DNA from: Felis catus
Lineage: Eukaryota
Direction of reading: 5' to 3'
DNA length: 64,000 nucleotides
Assembly (NCBI RefSeq): GCF_018350175.1
Contig: NC_058368.1
Coordinates: 225,806,001-225,870,000 of the forward strand
Every line of letters starts with the position of its first letter. Positions within the stretch are counted from its first letter, which is position 1. Of the stretch, positions 1-12,175 are shown piece by piece. A program made the translations under genes and the position numbers. A model generated the notes under the pieces. It worked only from the letters and a program-made list of their open reading frames with translations, had not been told where the DNA came from and ran no database searches.

Positions 1-14
1 AGTTGGAAGTTTCT

Positions 15-260
15 ATCTGCCTCTCGGTCTCTTTGATTTTTTTTTTTCTTTTTTCATGCCTCTCTGTCTCTTTCTCTTGGTCTCTCTCTGCCTCTCTTTT
101 GTTCCTCTCTGTTTCTTGGTATTTTTTTTTTCTCTTTGTCTCTCTCTCTCTTTTTTTTTTTCTTTTTCTTTTTTTCTTTTTAGGTCATTCCTGGGAGAAA
201 GGAAATCTGGGGGTTTTTTTCCTATTTTTTTTTTCTCTTTGTCTCTTTCTTTACTGTTCC
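15..260. repeat. Pyrimidine-rich (T/C) low-complexity tract
   Basis: Long T and CT runs with few purines; the first block ends TTTTTAG at 183. Confidence 0.85.
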
Positions 261-481
261 CAAACATGTCTATTTATAATCCTGCTTGCCTAATAGCATT
301 TAAAATATATTTTCCCCCTGATTTTAAAAGTAGTACCCACTAATATAGAACACTAAAAATATAGGAAACCTGTAAAGAAGAAAACCTAAATCCTGTAGAA
401 ATCCACCACCCAGAAATTAAACTCACTTCCAATTTTGTTTGTTTTCTTCCAGTCTTTTCATGAAATTATATGTGTGGGTTT

Positions 482-850
482 GTTCATTCATCCTTTCAAA
501 CAGACTTTTATTGAGTGCCTTAATTGCTGGTACTTCTAGGCATCTGTGGAAGAAAAAAAACCAACAAACTCGTTCCTCCTAGAGTTCATATTCTAGTGAC
601 TGAGCCAGAAGATAAATTGCTACACTACATAATGTTACATGGTGAACCACGTTTAAGGAAACTAAACCCAGATGAAGGGATTAGGGTGTGTGAGGGTGGG
701 CAGGGAGGGACAAATTATAATCAAGTGCTCGAGAAAGACTTCACTGAGGATTTTTGAGCATAGACTAGAAAGTGAGTTGTGAGTCCTGTCTGAATAAAGA
801 GCTTCTAGGCTCTGGGAACACTCAGTGCAAAGGCCCTGAGGCAGGAGCTA
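482..850 (-). mobile_element. L2 LINE 3' fragment
   Basis: ttcattcatc...tttattgagtgcct and tgcaaaggccctgaggcaggag are typical antisense L2a 3'-end motifs. Confidence 0.7.
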
Positions 851-1954
851 TAGATGAGGGTGATTTTTTTTTATTTTATACCGTAAGTTTTTTTTTTTTT
901 TTTTTAAGCAGCCATAGTAACTGGAATAAATGGGATATTATGCAGTTAATTAAGATCATGTTATAGAAGAGGATTTACTGATGTGAAAATTTCCCCTTTG
1001 TTGCTAATTGTGTAAAAAAGAAACCCAAAAAACTATAGGTTTAAATAAGTACGGGAAGGTATAACGTACGGTGCCTCATAATTATTTGCTGTCACATACG
1101 TGGTGTCTCTGTGTGAGGGGAATACAGGTGATTTTTATTTTCTTGATTTGGCTTATCCTTACTACGTTTCTCTTTCTGTAGTGAACATGGTAGCTTTTAT
1201 CATGAAGAGAGACAGTCGGGGGGGGGGTCCCATCACGCAGGATGAGGTCTGTGACTGTGCATGTTGGAGGCGACTCAACAGAAGGCTGCAGGCAGTCAGT
1301 TTGCCCAAGTGCCTAATGGCTCCGGCTCCAGAGCTGCCGTCCAGAGACAGGGCTCTGGTTACCAGGAGAGGGACTGGCACGGCCCAGTCATTGGAAACAA
1401 AGGTCAGGGCCGAAGTCCAGAGACACAGCTGGGCTCAAAGGAAGGATGGAGCCTCAGAAATCAGAGGCATTACAGGGGGGCCCTGCTCAGGCCAGGTGCC
1501 ACTTCACGCCAAGTCTCAAGGGATTGGGGTGAAGAAGAAGTGGTCACGTGTTGTGAAGTAATAAACCGAAGCGATTGACTTCCAAGATCAGGCGGTGTCC
1601 GAGGGGTGGAGTAAAAGTTCTTGAATTCTTTCTTTCTGAGACTTTGCCACAGGCCCGAGGTTGAGCCTCCAGGCATAGGTGAGGGGTCTAACCGCGTAGT
1701 CTCATGATTGAGGCATGCTCCGAGAGAGCTTTTACTTCAGCAAGATTTGGAAACTCTTTGTATCATCCAGACTAGGATTTGTATCTCTATCTTTGTGCTC
1801 CCGACGATAATCTTTGGGCAATTTAAGCAAGAATGAATCTGAGAAGACGTTATGTTCTCTCGTGAACGACCCATCCCAGCCAAGTTCTGTATATGTAAAT
1901 ATACATACATTGAAATTACATATACATGTGTTCCCAATTTTTTTTTTTTTTGCG

Positions 1955-2160
1955 GTCTATAAAAATGGTACCGTATTTATGTAGCCTTCTAGAACTAATG
2001 TCGTAACACTAAACATTTTTCAAAAAGATTAATCCACGTTGCTGTGTATAGCTGTGGTTCGTTCTAGGTTGCTGCTGTAGAAGATCCCACCATGTGACCA
2101 TACCACAGTTTATTTACGTGTTTTCTTTTCATTGGACGTTGGGCATTTTCTTTCACCAGA
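1955..2160 (-). mobile_element. Old L1 (L1ME-like) 3' fragment
   Basis: atccacgttgctgtgtatagctgtggttcgtt...ataccacagtttattta resembles antisense L1M 3' sequence. Confidence 0.55.
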
Positions 2161-2365
2161 CTGTTTACTGCTTCTTTGAGTTTCTGAGTTTACTCTGGCA
2201 GTATGAAAAAAATCGCAAAAAGAAGAAAGGTAAATGCCTAACACATGAAGTAAATAGTTTCTTAAGCCAGAATACTGTATATTTGAAAGCGTGTGTGATA
2301 TCTGTACCAACCTATTGAAGAATTACTCTCTTCTTGTTACATGGCACTGTTCACACCGGTGTAGG

Positions 2366-2384
2366 CCGCCACTAGAGGGCGTGT
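2366..2384 (+). promoter_or_regulatory. Candidate CTCF-binding site
   Basis: CCGCCACTAGAGGGCGTGT matches the CTCF core CCASYAGRKGGCR in apparently unique DNA, with CpGs intact. Confidence 0.6.
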
Positions 2385-3129
2385 GAGGGAGGGGACATCA
2401 GCCTATTCTAGAAGCTAGAAATGCCCTGGCTGCTGTTGAAACTTGGCTGCCTGGCAAGTTTTCAGGACTTGCACATTTCAGAGCAAAAATATTTGTGTCG
2501 CTGCAGTTACAAGAAGAAAATCCAATGATAGGTTATGTCTGTATGTGTACATGTGCACGCATGGGTAGGATGCACATATATTTGAATATAGGAGGAATGA
2601 ACAAGGACAAAAAGTAGTGACAAGGTCACATCTGTGGGGATAGGACAGACCGGCTGAGGAGGACATTGACATACAAATGGCCCAAACCAGTGACAAATGA
2701 CTATGCTGCTTAGTTTAGAAACAAGCTGGTGATGTGCGAGGCCGCGGAGAACTCAGTGGTACTTTGAGTTCATCCTTTTCCTGCTTATTTCTGTCTAATG
2801 TCTCGGGGAGTCTTCTGTGTGTTCTTCATTAGGTGCTCTCCAGAGTCTCCTCTTCCCTCACCTGTCCCTGACGTAGAACTTTCTCCTCTCTTGGAAATGA
2901 AATGCACAGATTCCTACCCCCCCCACCCCCAGAGCTCTACGTAACCTTGAATAGGGAACCTTAGAAAATGGCTTCATTTGCTCTTGTGTGAAGAGAAGAC
3001 TTCTTGGTGAGCTGTTGGCCCCTGGGCACGAATTGACCTGTCAACTATTGAGGGCAAAGGCCCCTGCTTGTCATAAAAGCATGCAAAAGAAACGGCCGTC
3101 AAAGGTTTTCCTCAGGACCTGGGAGTATT

Positions 3130-3808
3130 TGTGGTAGAATGCACACCTCCCTCTTCCAGCACCACCATCAAAGTTTCCACCTCCCAACACCCAGCGCCTG
3201 TGTGTGACTGTGTTCCTTATACGACAAAAGGGTCTTTGCAGATGAGATTGAGTTAAGGGTCTTTAAGATGGGAAGAGGATCCTGGATTATCCAGGTAGGC
3301 CAGTGTATTCACAAGGGTCTTTTTTAAAGCTTATCTGTTGTGAGAGAGAGAAAACATGAGCAGGGGAGGGGCAGAAAGAGAGGGGGAGAGAGAGAATCCC
3401 AAGCAGGCTCTGCACCATCAGCCTGGAGCCCAGTGCAGGGCTCGAACCCCCAAACCACCAGATCATGATCTGAGACCAAATCAAGAATCAGACGCTTTAC
3501 TGACGTGAGCCACCAGGCGCCCCCACAAGGGTCTTTATAAGAGGGAGGCAGGTGGTCAGAGAGGGGAGAGATGCTATGCTGTCGGCTGAGTAGATGGAAC
3601 ACGGGGCCACGGGGCCTCGGGGCCAGGAATGCAGGCCGCCTCTGTGAAGTGCAGGAGACCAGGAAACAGACTCTCCCCCAGAGCCTCTAGAAAGAATGCG
3701 GCCCAGGAGACACACTTTAGATTCTCATCACCAGAACTGAGGGATGATCAGTGTGTGGTTTTCAGCCACCAAACTTGGTAATTCATTACAGCAGCAGTGG
3801 GAAACAGT
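3130..3808 (+). mobile_element. MLT1D-like MaLR solo LTR, interrupted by a SINE
   Basis: Starts tgtggtag; contains ctttgcagatgagattgagttaagg, atcctggattatcc and ctcccccagagcctctagaa; ends ttacagcagcagtgggaaac. Confidence 0.85.
3323..3523 (-). mobile_element. Can-SINE
   Basis: Antisense tRNA head, CT-rich body and A tail; perfect 13-bp TSD cacaagggtcttt at 3310-3322 and 3524-3536. Confidence 0.95.
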
Positions 3809-4205
3809 GTTCCTTATCCCGTGAAAGAACCAGCCCTGTTAGACAATGTTGAGGGTGCATTTGCCAACTCACATCTCCGTCCACTGAAGAAATGCACTTT
3901 GACCCCAGTTTGTGGGAGAACTGCCCCCTGAAACAAGGAGGCTGGAGCACCAGCCAGAGCGGTCCAGTTGAAGAAGCACCAGACAGGGAGCCCAAAATGG
4001 GCCTGGAAGAATGCTCCCAATGGACAGGTAGGAATAAGAGGGCTCGGAAAGGGAAACATGTGGTCAAGAAGGGTCTTGGAGACGCCACGCTTGGAGGCCA
4101 GCAGCAAAGAGAGTTTCGAGGAGGAGGCTGTAAATGGTGTTCTGAGAGTTCTGGCCCCAGAGGACCACTGGGTTATATAAAAAAGTTTGTGGAGAACTGT
4201 ATAAA

Positions 4206-4401
4206 GAATTTTTCTTAATGTTTGTCTATTTTTGAGAGGTAAGGGGGGGAGGGGCAGAGAGAGGGAGACACAGAATCCGAAGCAGGCTCCAGGCTCTGAG
4301 CTGTCAGCACAGAGCCCGATGCCGAGTCTGAACTCACAAACTGTGAGCTCGTGACCTGACCCAAAGACGGCCCTTAACCGACTGAGCCACCCAGGCACCC
4401 C
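4206..4401 (-). mobile_element. Can-SINE (felid type)
   Basis: Antisense SINE consensus; TSD tggagaactgtataaa at 4190-4205 and 4404-4419. Confidence 0.95.
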
Positions 4402-4604
4402 TATGGAGAACTGTATAAATAGTTCCCCATGCCTTTTGTTTATATGTGTGGAAGAGGCAGAGACTTTTTGGAGAGGGAAACCAAATTAAGGAGCTTACAG
4501 ATAAGATGAGGGTTGAGAAAATGGAGGTGGGTAGTGTGAACCACACATTTGAAAATATTGGCAGTGGGTGTGTGAAGAGAAAGCAGCAGTTTGTTTTTGG
4601 TTAA

Positions 4605-5048
4605 TTTTTTTTTTTTTATCGTGGTAAAAGATCCATAATTTACCATGAGTGACAGTACGTTCACCGTGTCATGCAACCATCGCCACCGTCTGGTTCCAGA
4701 ATATCTCATCACCCTCAAAGGAAACCCATAACCTTTGAGCCGTCACTCCCCATCCCTCTTCCCTCTAGCTCCTGCCAACCACGAATCCGCTTTCTGTCTC
4801 TGTGGGTTTGAACATCTCAGTCTAGATGTTTCATGTAAATAAACCATACGATAATGGGGCCTTGTTTTGTCTGGCTTCTTTCGCTTAGCATAATGTTCTT
4901 AAGGTTCATCCCTCTCGTGGCGCATGTCAGTACTTAATTCTTTTGTATGGCTGAAAACTACTCTGTTATTTGGATATACCACATGTCGCTTGCGTAGTCA
5001 TCAGTTGGTGGACGTTATGGTTGTTTCTGCCTTTGGGCTGTTGTGAAC
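4605..5048 (-). mobile_element. L1 (L1MB-like) 3' fragment
   Basis: T-run, then tcatcaccctcaaaggaaaccc, ctggcttctttcgcttagcataatgtt and aggttcatcc: antisense L1M 3' end. Confidence 0.8.
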
Positions 5049-5289
5049 GGGGAGCAGCTTGGTTCTATCTTGTTTGGTTTTGTTTTCCGAGCGGGGAACT
5101 GTGACCCTGTGGGTGAAGGAGGGTGTGTGGCCCGGCAGGACTGCTTTGGTCCGGCAGACAGCACGTCTGTCTGTCGTTCCTGCCGTCCAGCTGCAGGGGG
5201 GAGTCTGCACTGTCTCTAGGGGGCAGGGTTCTGTCTGGGGGGAAAGGGGACCTGGGCTAGCGGTTGGCTTCGTTTATCATCCACACATC

Positions 5290-5504
5290 AGGGGCGCCTG
5301 AGTGGCGCAGTCGGTTAAGCATCCGACTTCAGCCAGGTCACGATCTCGCGGTCCGGGAGTTCGAGCCCTGCGTCAGGCTCTGGGCTGATGGCTCGGAGCC
5401 TGGAGCCTGTTTCCGATTCTGTGTCTCCCTCTCTCTCTGCCCCTCCCCCGTTCATGCTCTGTCTCTCTCTGTCCCAAAAAATAAATAAACGTTGAAAAAA
5501 AAAA
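5290..5504 (+). mobile_element. Young felid Can-SINE
   Basis: ggggcgcctg...gcgcagtcggttaagc...gttcgagcc...gtcccaaaa; perfect 17-bp TSD tttatcatccacacatc at 5273-5289 and 5505-5521. Confidence 0.97.
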
Positions 5505-7759
5505 TTTATCATCCACACATCCTATGGGAGGATGGATGGTAGCGTCAGGTAACTGGGCCAGTGCCCGATGCCAGAGTAGAAGCTGAGTTCTAGGCAGTGC
5601 CCGTGCCTCCAGCAGTGAGAGGGTTGGTTCTGAAGGAAGAACCCAAGAGTGTGCCTTCACTCGTCATTTTAGTCATGCTTCTTATTTATTTTTTAAAGGG
5701 GAGAGAATATGCTAGAAGGAGGGAAAGGCGGGGGGGGGGCAATGCTATTATTTAGAGGTATCTGGTAAAAGGAGGAAAAACGTGCATGATACGGTACCCT
5801 TATTGGGCAGATTGCATTGCCCCTGTGCTATTTGTTAGTTCTTTTGAAGGCTATTCTTACTTGTGCCTGTTTTTAAAACCTGAACAACTGGGAGAGAGAA
5901 CTTATAATCCTGTAGTCATTTGGCTTGTATTCTTAGAGAGTATTTTTAAACGCTAACTTTCAGAGCCATCTCATGTCATTTAAAACACAAGAAGTGCTTT
6001 CACTATTCATTTCTCCTGATCTGCCAATTTTAGATTTTGAATAGTATTTTTACTTCCACTGAAACACTTTTTTTTTTTTCCAGATCTGTTTCTTGGTGTT
6101 TGTCTGAATTTTTTTTGGTGAGTTGTCATTATCTTTATTAAAACGAGTGATGATATATTTTCAGTCATGACTCAAGAGTCATCTGCTATGGAAAGAAAAC
6201 TGAATTCCAAAGCTTATCAAGCTAAACATCCTCAACTCAGAAATGGATGTTTATTTTGAATAAATTGCACATTTAAATATTTTTTCCCCCCTGAGGCTAA
6301 GTTGAAATGAAATCATCTTGCTTTAAAGGGCTTTTCATGGATGCACCATGCTTGAAATATGTAATGAAGACTCAGTAATTGAGAAAATTTTTAAATGAGG
6401 CCTCGGTAATTGAAAGAAAAGAAACATATTTCTAAGGAGAGAAATTGATCTACAACTGATTTGAGGTCAAAACAGGAGTATTCTAATCTAGGTCTTGATT
6501 AAACTGGAGTAGAAAAAGACGGTCCTCCACAGTCTTGCTTACATATGAGCATCCGATCGGACCATGTCTACTTGCCTAATGAAAGGGGAGAAGGAATCCG
6601 GGTTTGAGGAATGTGTGCTCTTTGTGTACAGCATATGGAAAGTTAGGGATCAGTTTGTAAGTTTGCTTTTGTTCCTTGGTCAAGGTGCAAAAGTCTCCCA
6701 GCAGTGAAAGAAAACATGGCTGGTAAGGAATTTTCTCATGCTGGTTAGACTCTGGGATTGATCATTTAATTAATAGCAAGAAGGTAGTTGGCTAAAATCC
6801 TAGAGAAAACTTTGTCTCTATGGTACCGCCGGCTTATTTCTGGACTAGGAGAAAAGCTATTTATTCTCTGCTAAGCAAGTGATTTCAAGACGTAGAGGGA
6901 GGCAGTGAAAAGTTGATACAGCTGCTTTTATTGGAGTCAAGACTCCGATACTGCATCCGTTAATGTTGGCTGAGCTCACCACCTAGACTTTGTGTGAACT
7001 CTTGGCCTGAGATCCTCTCTCTGCCCATTTCCCCCATTTCTCCCTTTTGGATTTAATCACGGGGGGGGGGGGTGGGGAATAGAGGGAACTGATTGCTTGA
7101 TCTGATGCCTAGGAATGCAGAATTAGAGAGGAGGATGAAGCTGCTGGGAAACCAAGCCTGGAAAAGATCTTAATGAAACAAAATCATAAAGACAACCTGT
7201 CCAGCACTCAGGGGCCCAGAGAACGGATTATTTGCTAGTCCCTTTCAGTTAAATAGTTAACTGAGGATCATCTCGTGATCCTCCTCCTTTTTAGATACAG
7301 AGAAGAAATGTCCCCTTTCATGTTCAGTCACATACTGCCTTCACTCGTTTATATTCTGACACTTTTGAAAGATAGCTTGACAGCTACTGCTACGGGTCTG
7401 ACACTGTGGTAAGGTCTGAGAAGAAGTGGGGGTCATATGGCAGGGTCACCTAACATCAAGATAGTATCAAGAGCAGAGTCATTAGCCGACCCTGATCCCC
7501 CTCCCCTCTCCAACCTTTGAGTCTGATAAATCCTGGCTCCTTATCCATGTTGTATAGGAGGAGAGAATCCAGACAAAGTGTGAAAGTGGATCTATATAAA
7601 ATATTTTTGGTCAAGAAGGCTATAACACAGCGTTCTCGGGATCTTTAAAATTTTTTATATATTAGTTCACGTGAAGCTAAACAAAAACAGGCTCGATAAT
7701 AAATACGTCATGGTTCCCTGATTTGCCGTACTTTTCTCTTTATCGAGTAAGGACTTGTC

Positions 7760-8210
7760 AACAAGGAGGCACTGCTGTGTAGCAAGCATACAAATCTCAG
7801 TGGCCTACAGTCAGCATTTATTCCTTGCTCATGTAGCTGTAGACCAGTTGCGCTTCACCTGGTTTGGGTTGGACGTGGCTGCTTTGGGTTGGACACGGCT
7901 GGTCATGGCTCCAAGCGTTGGGTGTACCTAGGCCTGCTCCTCAGGCTTGTAGCCTTGCTGGACCAGAGGCTATCCCAGGTGAATTGCTCTTGCAAAGACT
8001 GTAGGAACCCCAAAGGGCAAACCCAGTCATTCATGCACATTTCAAGCCTCTGTCTACTAATATCCAGTTGGCCAAAGGAAGTCACATGACCAACTTCAAA
8101 GCCAAAAAGAGGAAAATATATCTGGTCACTATAGGCTGTGGCAAGGGTGTGGACCTGTAATACTATTGTTACAGGGAGTGAAGAATCGGGACTCCTAATT
8201 TGATCTGGCA
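7760..8210 (-). mobile_element. MLT1H/G-like MaLR solo LTR
   Basis: caaatctcagtggc, ttggccaaaggaagtcacatgaccaa and gggagtgaagaatcggga match antisense MLT1H-type LTRs. Confidence 0.7.
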
Positions 8211-8902
8211 TTAGGGTTTTTTATTGTTAGAATAAAAACCAATGCAGCTATGTGAAAACTATCCTAACCTATGTTCAGAATATTTTCTGATGTGTTGTAT
8301 GTGTTTGTTTTTCATTCATGGGATAAAAAGCTTCTACGTCTAGTCTCCCTATTTACTTCTGAAGATAATTACTTTAACCACCTTCTCTTAACCCTTAGCA
8401 TTTATAGGTGCTTTGTAGATTTGGGGCCATAATTATTAGTTTTTCCCAGCACTAATTTTAAGAAGTTTACCTTATTATTCTTCTGTCTTTCAAAACCAGA
8501 ACAGTTTTACACACTAATAACGAGTATTTGAAATTATTAGCAAATTTGACATTATGATGGTACATCTGTGTGTATTCTTAGATTCAGAGCTAAAGGGCTT
8601 TCTAAAAGCTACTGTTCTAGGCCTGAACATATTGTACATCTTTACCTTTACAGAAGGGTCTCACTGTGCATATTGAAAGGGGAACCTAGAAGAACCAGGT
8701 GTTTTCTTGGGCAAAACCATCCACCTATCTGTATCCTAAATCAATGTTGCTAAACACGAGTTACTGTTTGGGTAAGACCGTAAATTCCCATTGTTGGTAA
8801 CGCACTCATGGTTACTCAGCAAAGTTAACAAGAGAACTGTGTGCTAGGCTCTGTGAGAGGACAGAAGTGAAGGTGGAACATATTAAAATGCTCATTTATT
8901 CT

Positions 8903-9138
8903 GGGGCGCGTGGGTGGCTCAGTCGGTTGAACATCCGACTTTGGCACAGGTCATGATCTCACGGTTCGTGAGTTCGAGCCCCGCATCGGCCTCTTGTGCT
9001 GACAGTGTGGAGCCTGGAGCCTGCTTCAGATTCTGTGTCTCCCTCTCTCTCTCTGTCTCTCTCTCTCTGCCCCTCCCCAGCTCACACTCTGTCTCTCTTT
9101 CTCTCTTAAAAATAAATAAACGTTAAAAAAAAAATTTT
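8903..9138 (+). mobile_element. Can-SINE (older host; tail continues to about 9380)
   Basis: SINE consensus; outer TSD aaatgctcatttattct (8886-8902) / aaatgttcatttattct (9381-9397). Confidence 0.93.
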
Positions 9139-9139
9139 G

Positions 9140-9357
9140 GGGGCGCCTGGGTGGCGCAGTCGGTTAAGCGTCCGACTTCAGCCAGGTCACGATCTCGCGG
9201 TCCGTGAGTTCGAGCCCCGCGTCAGGCTCTGGGCTGATGGCTCGGAGCCTGGAGCCTGTTTCCGATTCTGTGTCTCCCTCTCTCTCTGCCCCTCCCCCGT
9301 TCATGCTCTGTCTCTCTCTGTCCCAAAAATAAATAAAAACGTTGGAAAAAAAAATAC
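9140..9357 (+). mobile_element. Young felid Can-SINE inserted in the tail of the preceding SINE
   Basis: Young-subfamily diagnostics; flanked by t-A(n)-tttt copies near 9124-9138 and 9358-9373. Confidence 0.95.
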
Positions 9358-10926
9358 TAAAAAAAAAAATTTTTTTTTTTAAATGTTCATTTATTCTGAA
9401 GAAACCAAATTCTCGCGGTACCTGTTCAGGAGCTCATTAGGCAGCTCTGCTTTTCCTGTGATAAAATACCTTTTATCCCTGGCCCGACTCAGAAATGCTT
9501 CACTGGAACTTCTTGTGACATTTGTAAAGGAATGAGACACTTGACCAATGTCCGTTTTTTGGTTGTGGATCGAGAAAGGGAGGTGGTGGCCGTTGCCATA
9601 GTCACCCTGTAGAGAGGGCCCTAATAGCTCATCGCTCTTTTGGATCCCTGCTTCAACTCTAGGGCCACTTTCCCTGTCAGTGGCTCAAATGTGAGTCAAT
9701 GGCTCCATTCTTCCAAGATTTAGTAAGCGCCTGCTGTGTGTAAGGCACTCTGCTGGACATCTATCAGAGGACCGCATATTATGCCAGGATTTGATTGTAT
9801 CTCCCTTGATGTCAGAACAAGGGAGAAGGTCTCAAATGTCAGAGAGGTGGTAGAAATAACAAGAGACTTGTACATTGGCAGGCATTTGTCAAAGCCGTGT
9901 CGATTCACTTTTCAAACGATTCTAAAGAGATTCCGTTGCTGTTTGCTCTACATAAAGAGAGAGAGCCCGCGGGCCCCAGAATAAAAAGAGCTGTAAAGTA
10001 TTAGATCATCAGAAAAAGTTTTCATTGGTACCTCACGCCATGAGAGGAGGAAGTCCATGGTTGTATTTAGATCCATTCTGCTTTGTTCATTGAAACGTTA
10101 ATATTAAGACAATGTAAGAAACAGGAAAGGGGCGGGATATTTGAAGGCCGCCAGATTTATGGCGTACCCATTGATTAAAGTTTCAAAATTGGAGTCTGGT
10201 ATTTCCATGTATATCAGCATCCTCTTTTGTGCCTGTTTTCCAATCAGCCGTAATAACTGTATCTCACATTTAAACGATAAAAGCATCTTTGCGGTAACAT
10301 GTTGCAGCTAACAACGTGCCTCTTTTCAAAGGTTGCATGTTTCTTTATCAAGAATATGAAATTTCAAGATTTGTGCAATGAAAAAGCAGAGGTACCAAAG
10401 GAAATTTTTAGTGTTTGTTTTGTTTTTTGACCTTAGGATTTTGGTCATTGAACCGCGTAACTTTATTTTTCATGACCCATGAACACTGGACTTGTTTAGA
10501 TTCTCTCAGAGGATGCAAGTTTGTGATACATTTTGTCCCAGCCCAGCAGTGCATCGTGTCCAGGACCACTTCCCCGGCCCCCTGGAGTGACCGAGTCCAA
10601 ATGACCCAGAGCAGCATTGTGGACAGGGAGAACCACGAGTCTCTAATTTACCCGTCTTTTCAAGGAAGTTTCTGTGGTCACAACAGAAACCCTCAACCTA
10701 GCATTAACCAGGAAAGAATTATTATTTGGACCCAGAGTAATCACACATGGAAGCTGGACCTGAGAAATGCCAGGAGCCAGAGGCTAGAAAGTTACCAGGA
10801 TCTGAAGCAGCTTTCAAGGGCTCCCCAGGAATCAGAGGAAGCTGATGGGGAGCTTGGAGTACAGTAAAGAGCAGTTGAGAAAATGGGACGACCCTGGATG
10901 GTGCTGATGGTGCTGATGAGCTGTCA

Positions 10927-11150
10927 ATAACTGTCATCTGTTGGTGCTTAATATTGCCTGGCACTGTGCTGAATGTTTTCAGCATCACCCAATTTTTCTT
11001 CATGACAGTTCACGAGGCAGGAAGTCTTAGTCCCATTTAAAAGACAAGCACACCAACACTTGGGTAAATAACTTGACCAAAGGGATGGAGGGAAGATTTC
11101 AACCATGCCCATCCCTCCCCAGAGACAGCAGGCTGATCTCCACATCCTAC
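10927..11150 (-). mobile_element. MIR fragment
   Basis: ggcactgtgctgaatg...tcccattt...taaataacttgaccaaagg resembles the antisense MIR core. Confidence 0.55.
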
Positions 11151-11223
11151 CGCCTCTGCTATCAACCAGCTTCCATTTCTGTCTAGAACATGACCTCTTA
11201 AACAGTACATAGGCAAAGAAAGC

Positions 11224-11872
11224 TATAGTTAGAATAGCTAAGTGATGGGGAGAGCACAAATGTCCATCAACTGATGAATGGATAAAGAAGATGCGGCATA
11301 TATACAATGGAATATTAGCCATTAAAAGAATGAAATCTTGCCATTTGCAACGTGGATGGAGCGAGAATGTATTATGCTAAGCAAAATAAGTCAGAGAAAG
11401 ACAGATACCATATGATTTTATTCATAGGTGGAATTTAAGAAGCAAAAGAGCTGAACATATGGGTGGGGGAGAGAAGAAGGGAAACAAAACACAAGAGACT
11501 CTTAATGATAGAGAATAAACTATGGGTTGATGGAGGGAGGTGGGTGGGAGTTGGGCTAGATGGCTGATGGGTATTAAAGGAGCGAACTTTTTTTTTAAGT
11601 TTATTTATTTATTTATTTTGAGGTGGGGGGGGAGCGAATGAATCCCAAGCAGGCTCTGCAGACAGTGCAGAGCCCAATGAGGGACTTGAACTCACAAACC
11701 TTGAGATCATGACCTAAGCCAAAGTCAGACACTTAACCTACTGAGTCACCCAGGTGCCCCCCTGGAGGGCACTTGTGATGAGCACCGGGTGTTGTATGTA
11801 AGTTGATCCATCACTGGATTCTGCTCCTGAAACCAATATTGCACTGTATGTTAACTAAAATTTAAATTAAAA
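11224..11872 (+). mobile_element. Carnivore L1 3' fragment, 5'-truncated and interrupted by a SINE
   Basis: aaatgtccatcaactgatgaatggataaagaag, gaatgaaatcttgccatttgcaac and gatgagcaccgggtgttgtatg: ORF2 end plus 3'UTR. Confidence 0.9.
11588..11760 (-). mobile_element. Can-SINE inside L1 3'UTR
   Basis: Antisense SINE ending caggtgcccc; degenerate TSD ggagcgaact / ggagggcact. Confidence 0.9.
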
Positions 11873-11874
11873 AC

Positions 11875-11900
11875 GAATGAATGAATGAATGAATGAATGA
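11875..11900. repeat. (GAAT)n microsatellite at the L1 tail
   Basis: Read directly. Confidence 0.9.
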
Positions 11901-11966
11901 AAGAAAGATGCTTTCAAAAAACAAAAGGTATCATTTGGATTTAAAACAAGAATTTAAAATGTTTCA

Positions 11967-12175
11967 GGGTGCCTGGGTGGCTCAATCAGTTAAGTGTCTG
12001 ACTCTTGATTTTGGCTCAGGTCATGATCTCCCAGTTCGTGAGATCGAACCCTGTCATGGCACTCTGTACTGACAGTGTGGAACCTGCTTCGGATTCTCTC
12101 TCTCTCTGTCCCTGCCCTGGTCACTCACTCACTCACTTGCTCACTCTGTCTCTCTCAAAAATAAATAAATTTAAA
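11967..12175 (+). mobile_element. Can-SINE
   Basis: SINE consensus; TSD aaaatgtttca at 11956-11966 and 12176-12186. Confidence 0.92.

Noticed and set aside
3..343. F/L/S-rich and K/R/E-rich ORFs
   Set aside because: Translations of the pyrimidine tract and its complement.
3814..4398. 194-aa minus-strand ORF and the many ORFs containing AQSV/SAQVMIS/DSVSPSLS
   Set aside because: These are SINE translations that recur wherever a SINE sits.
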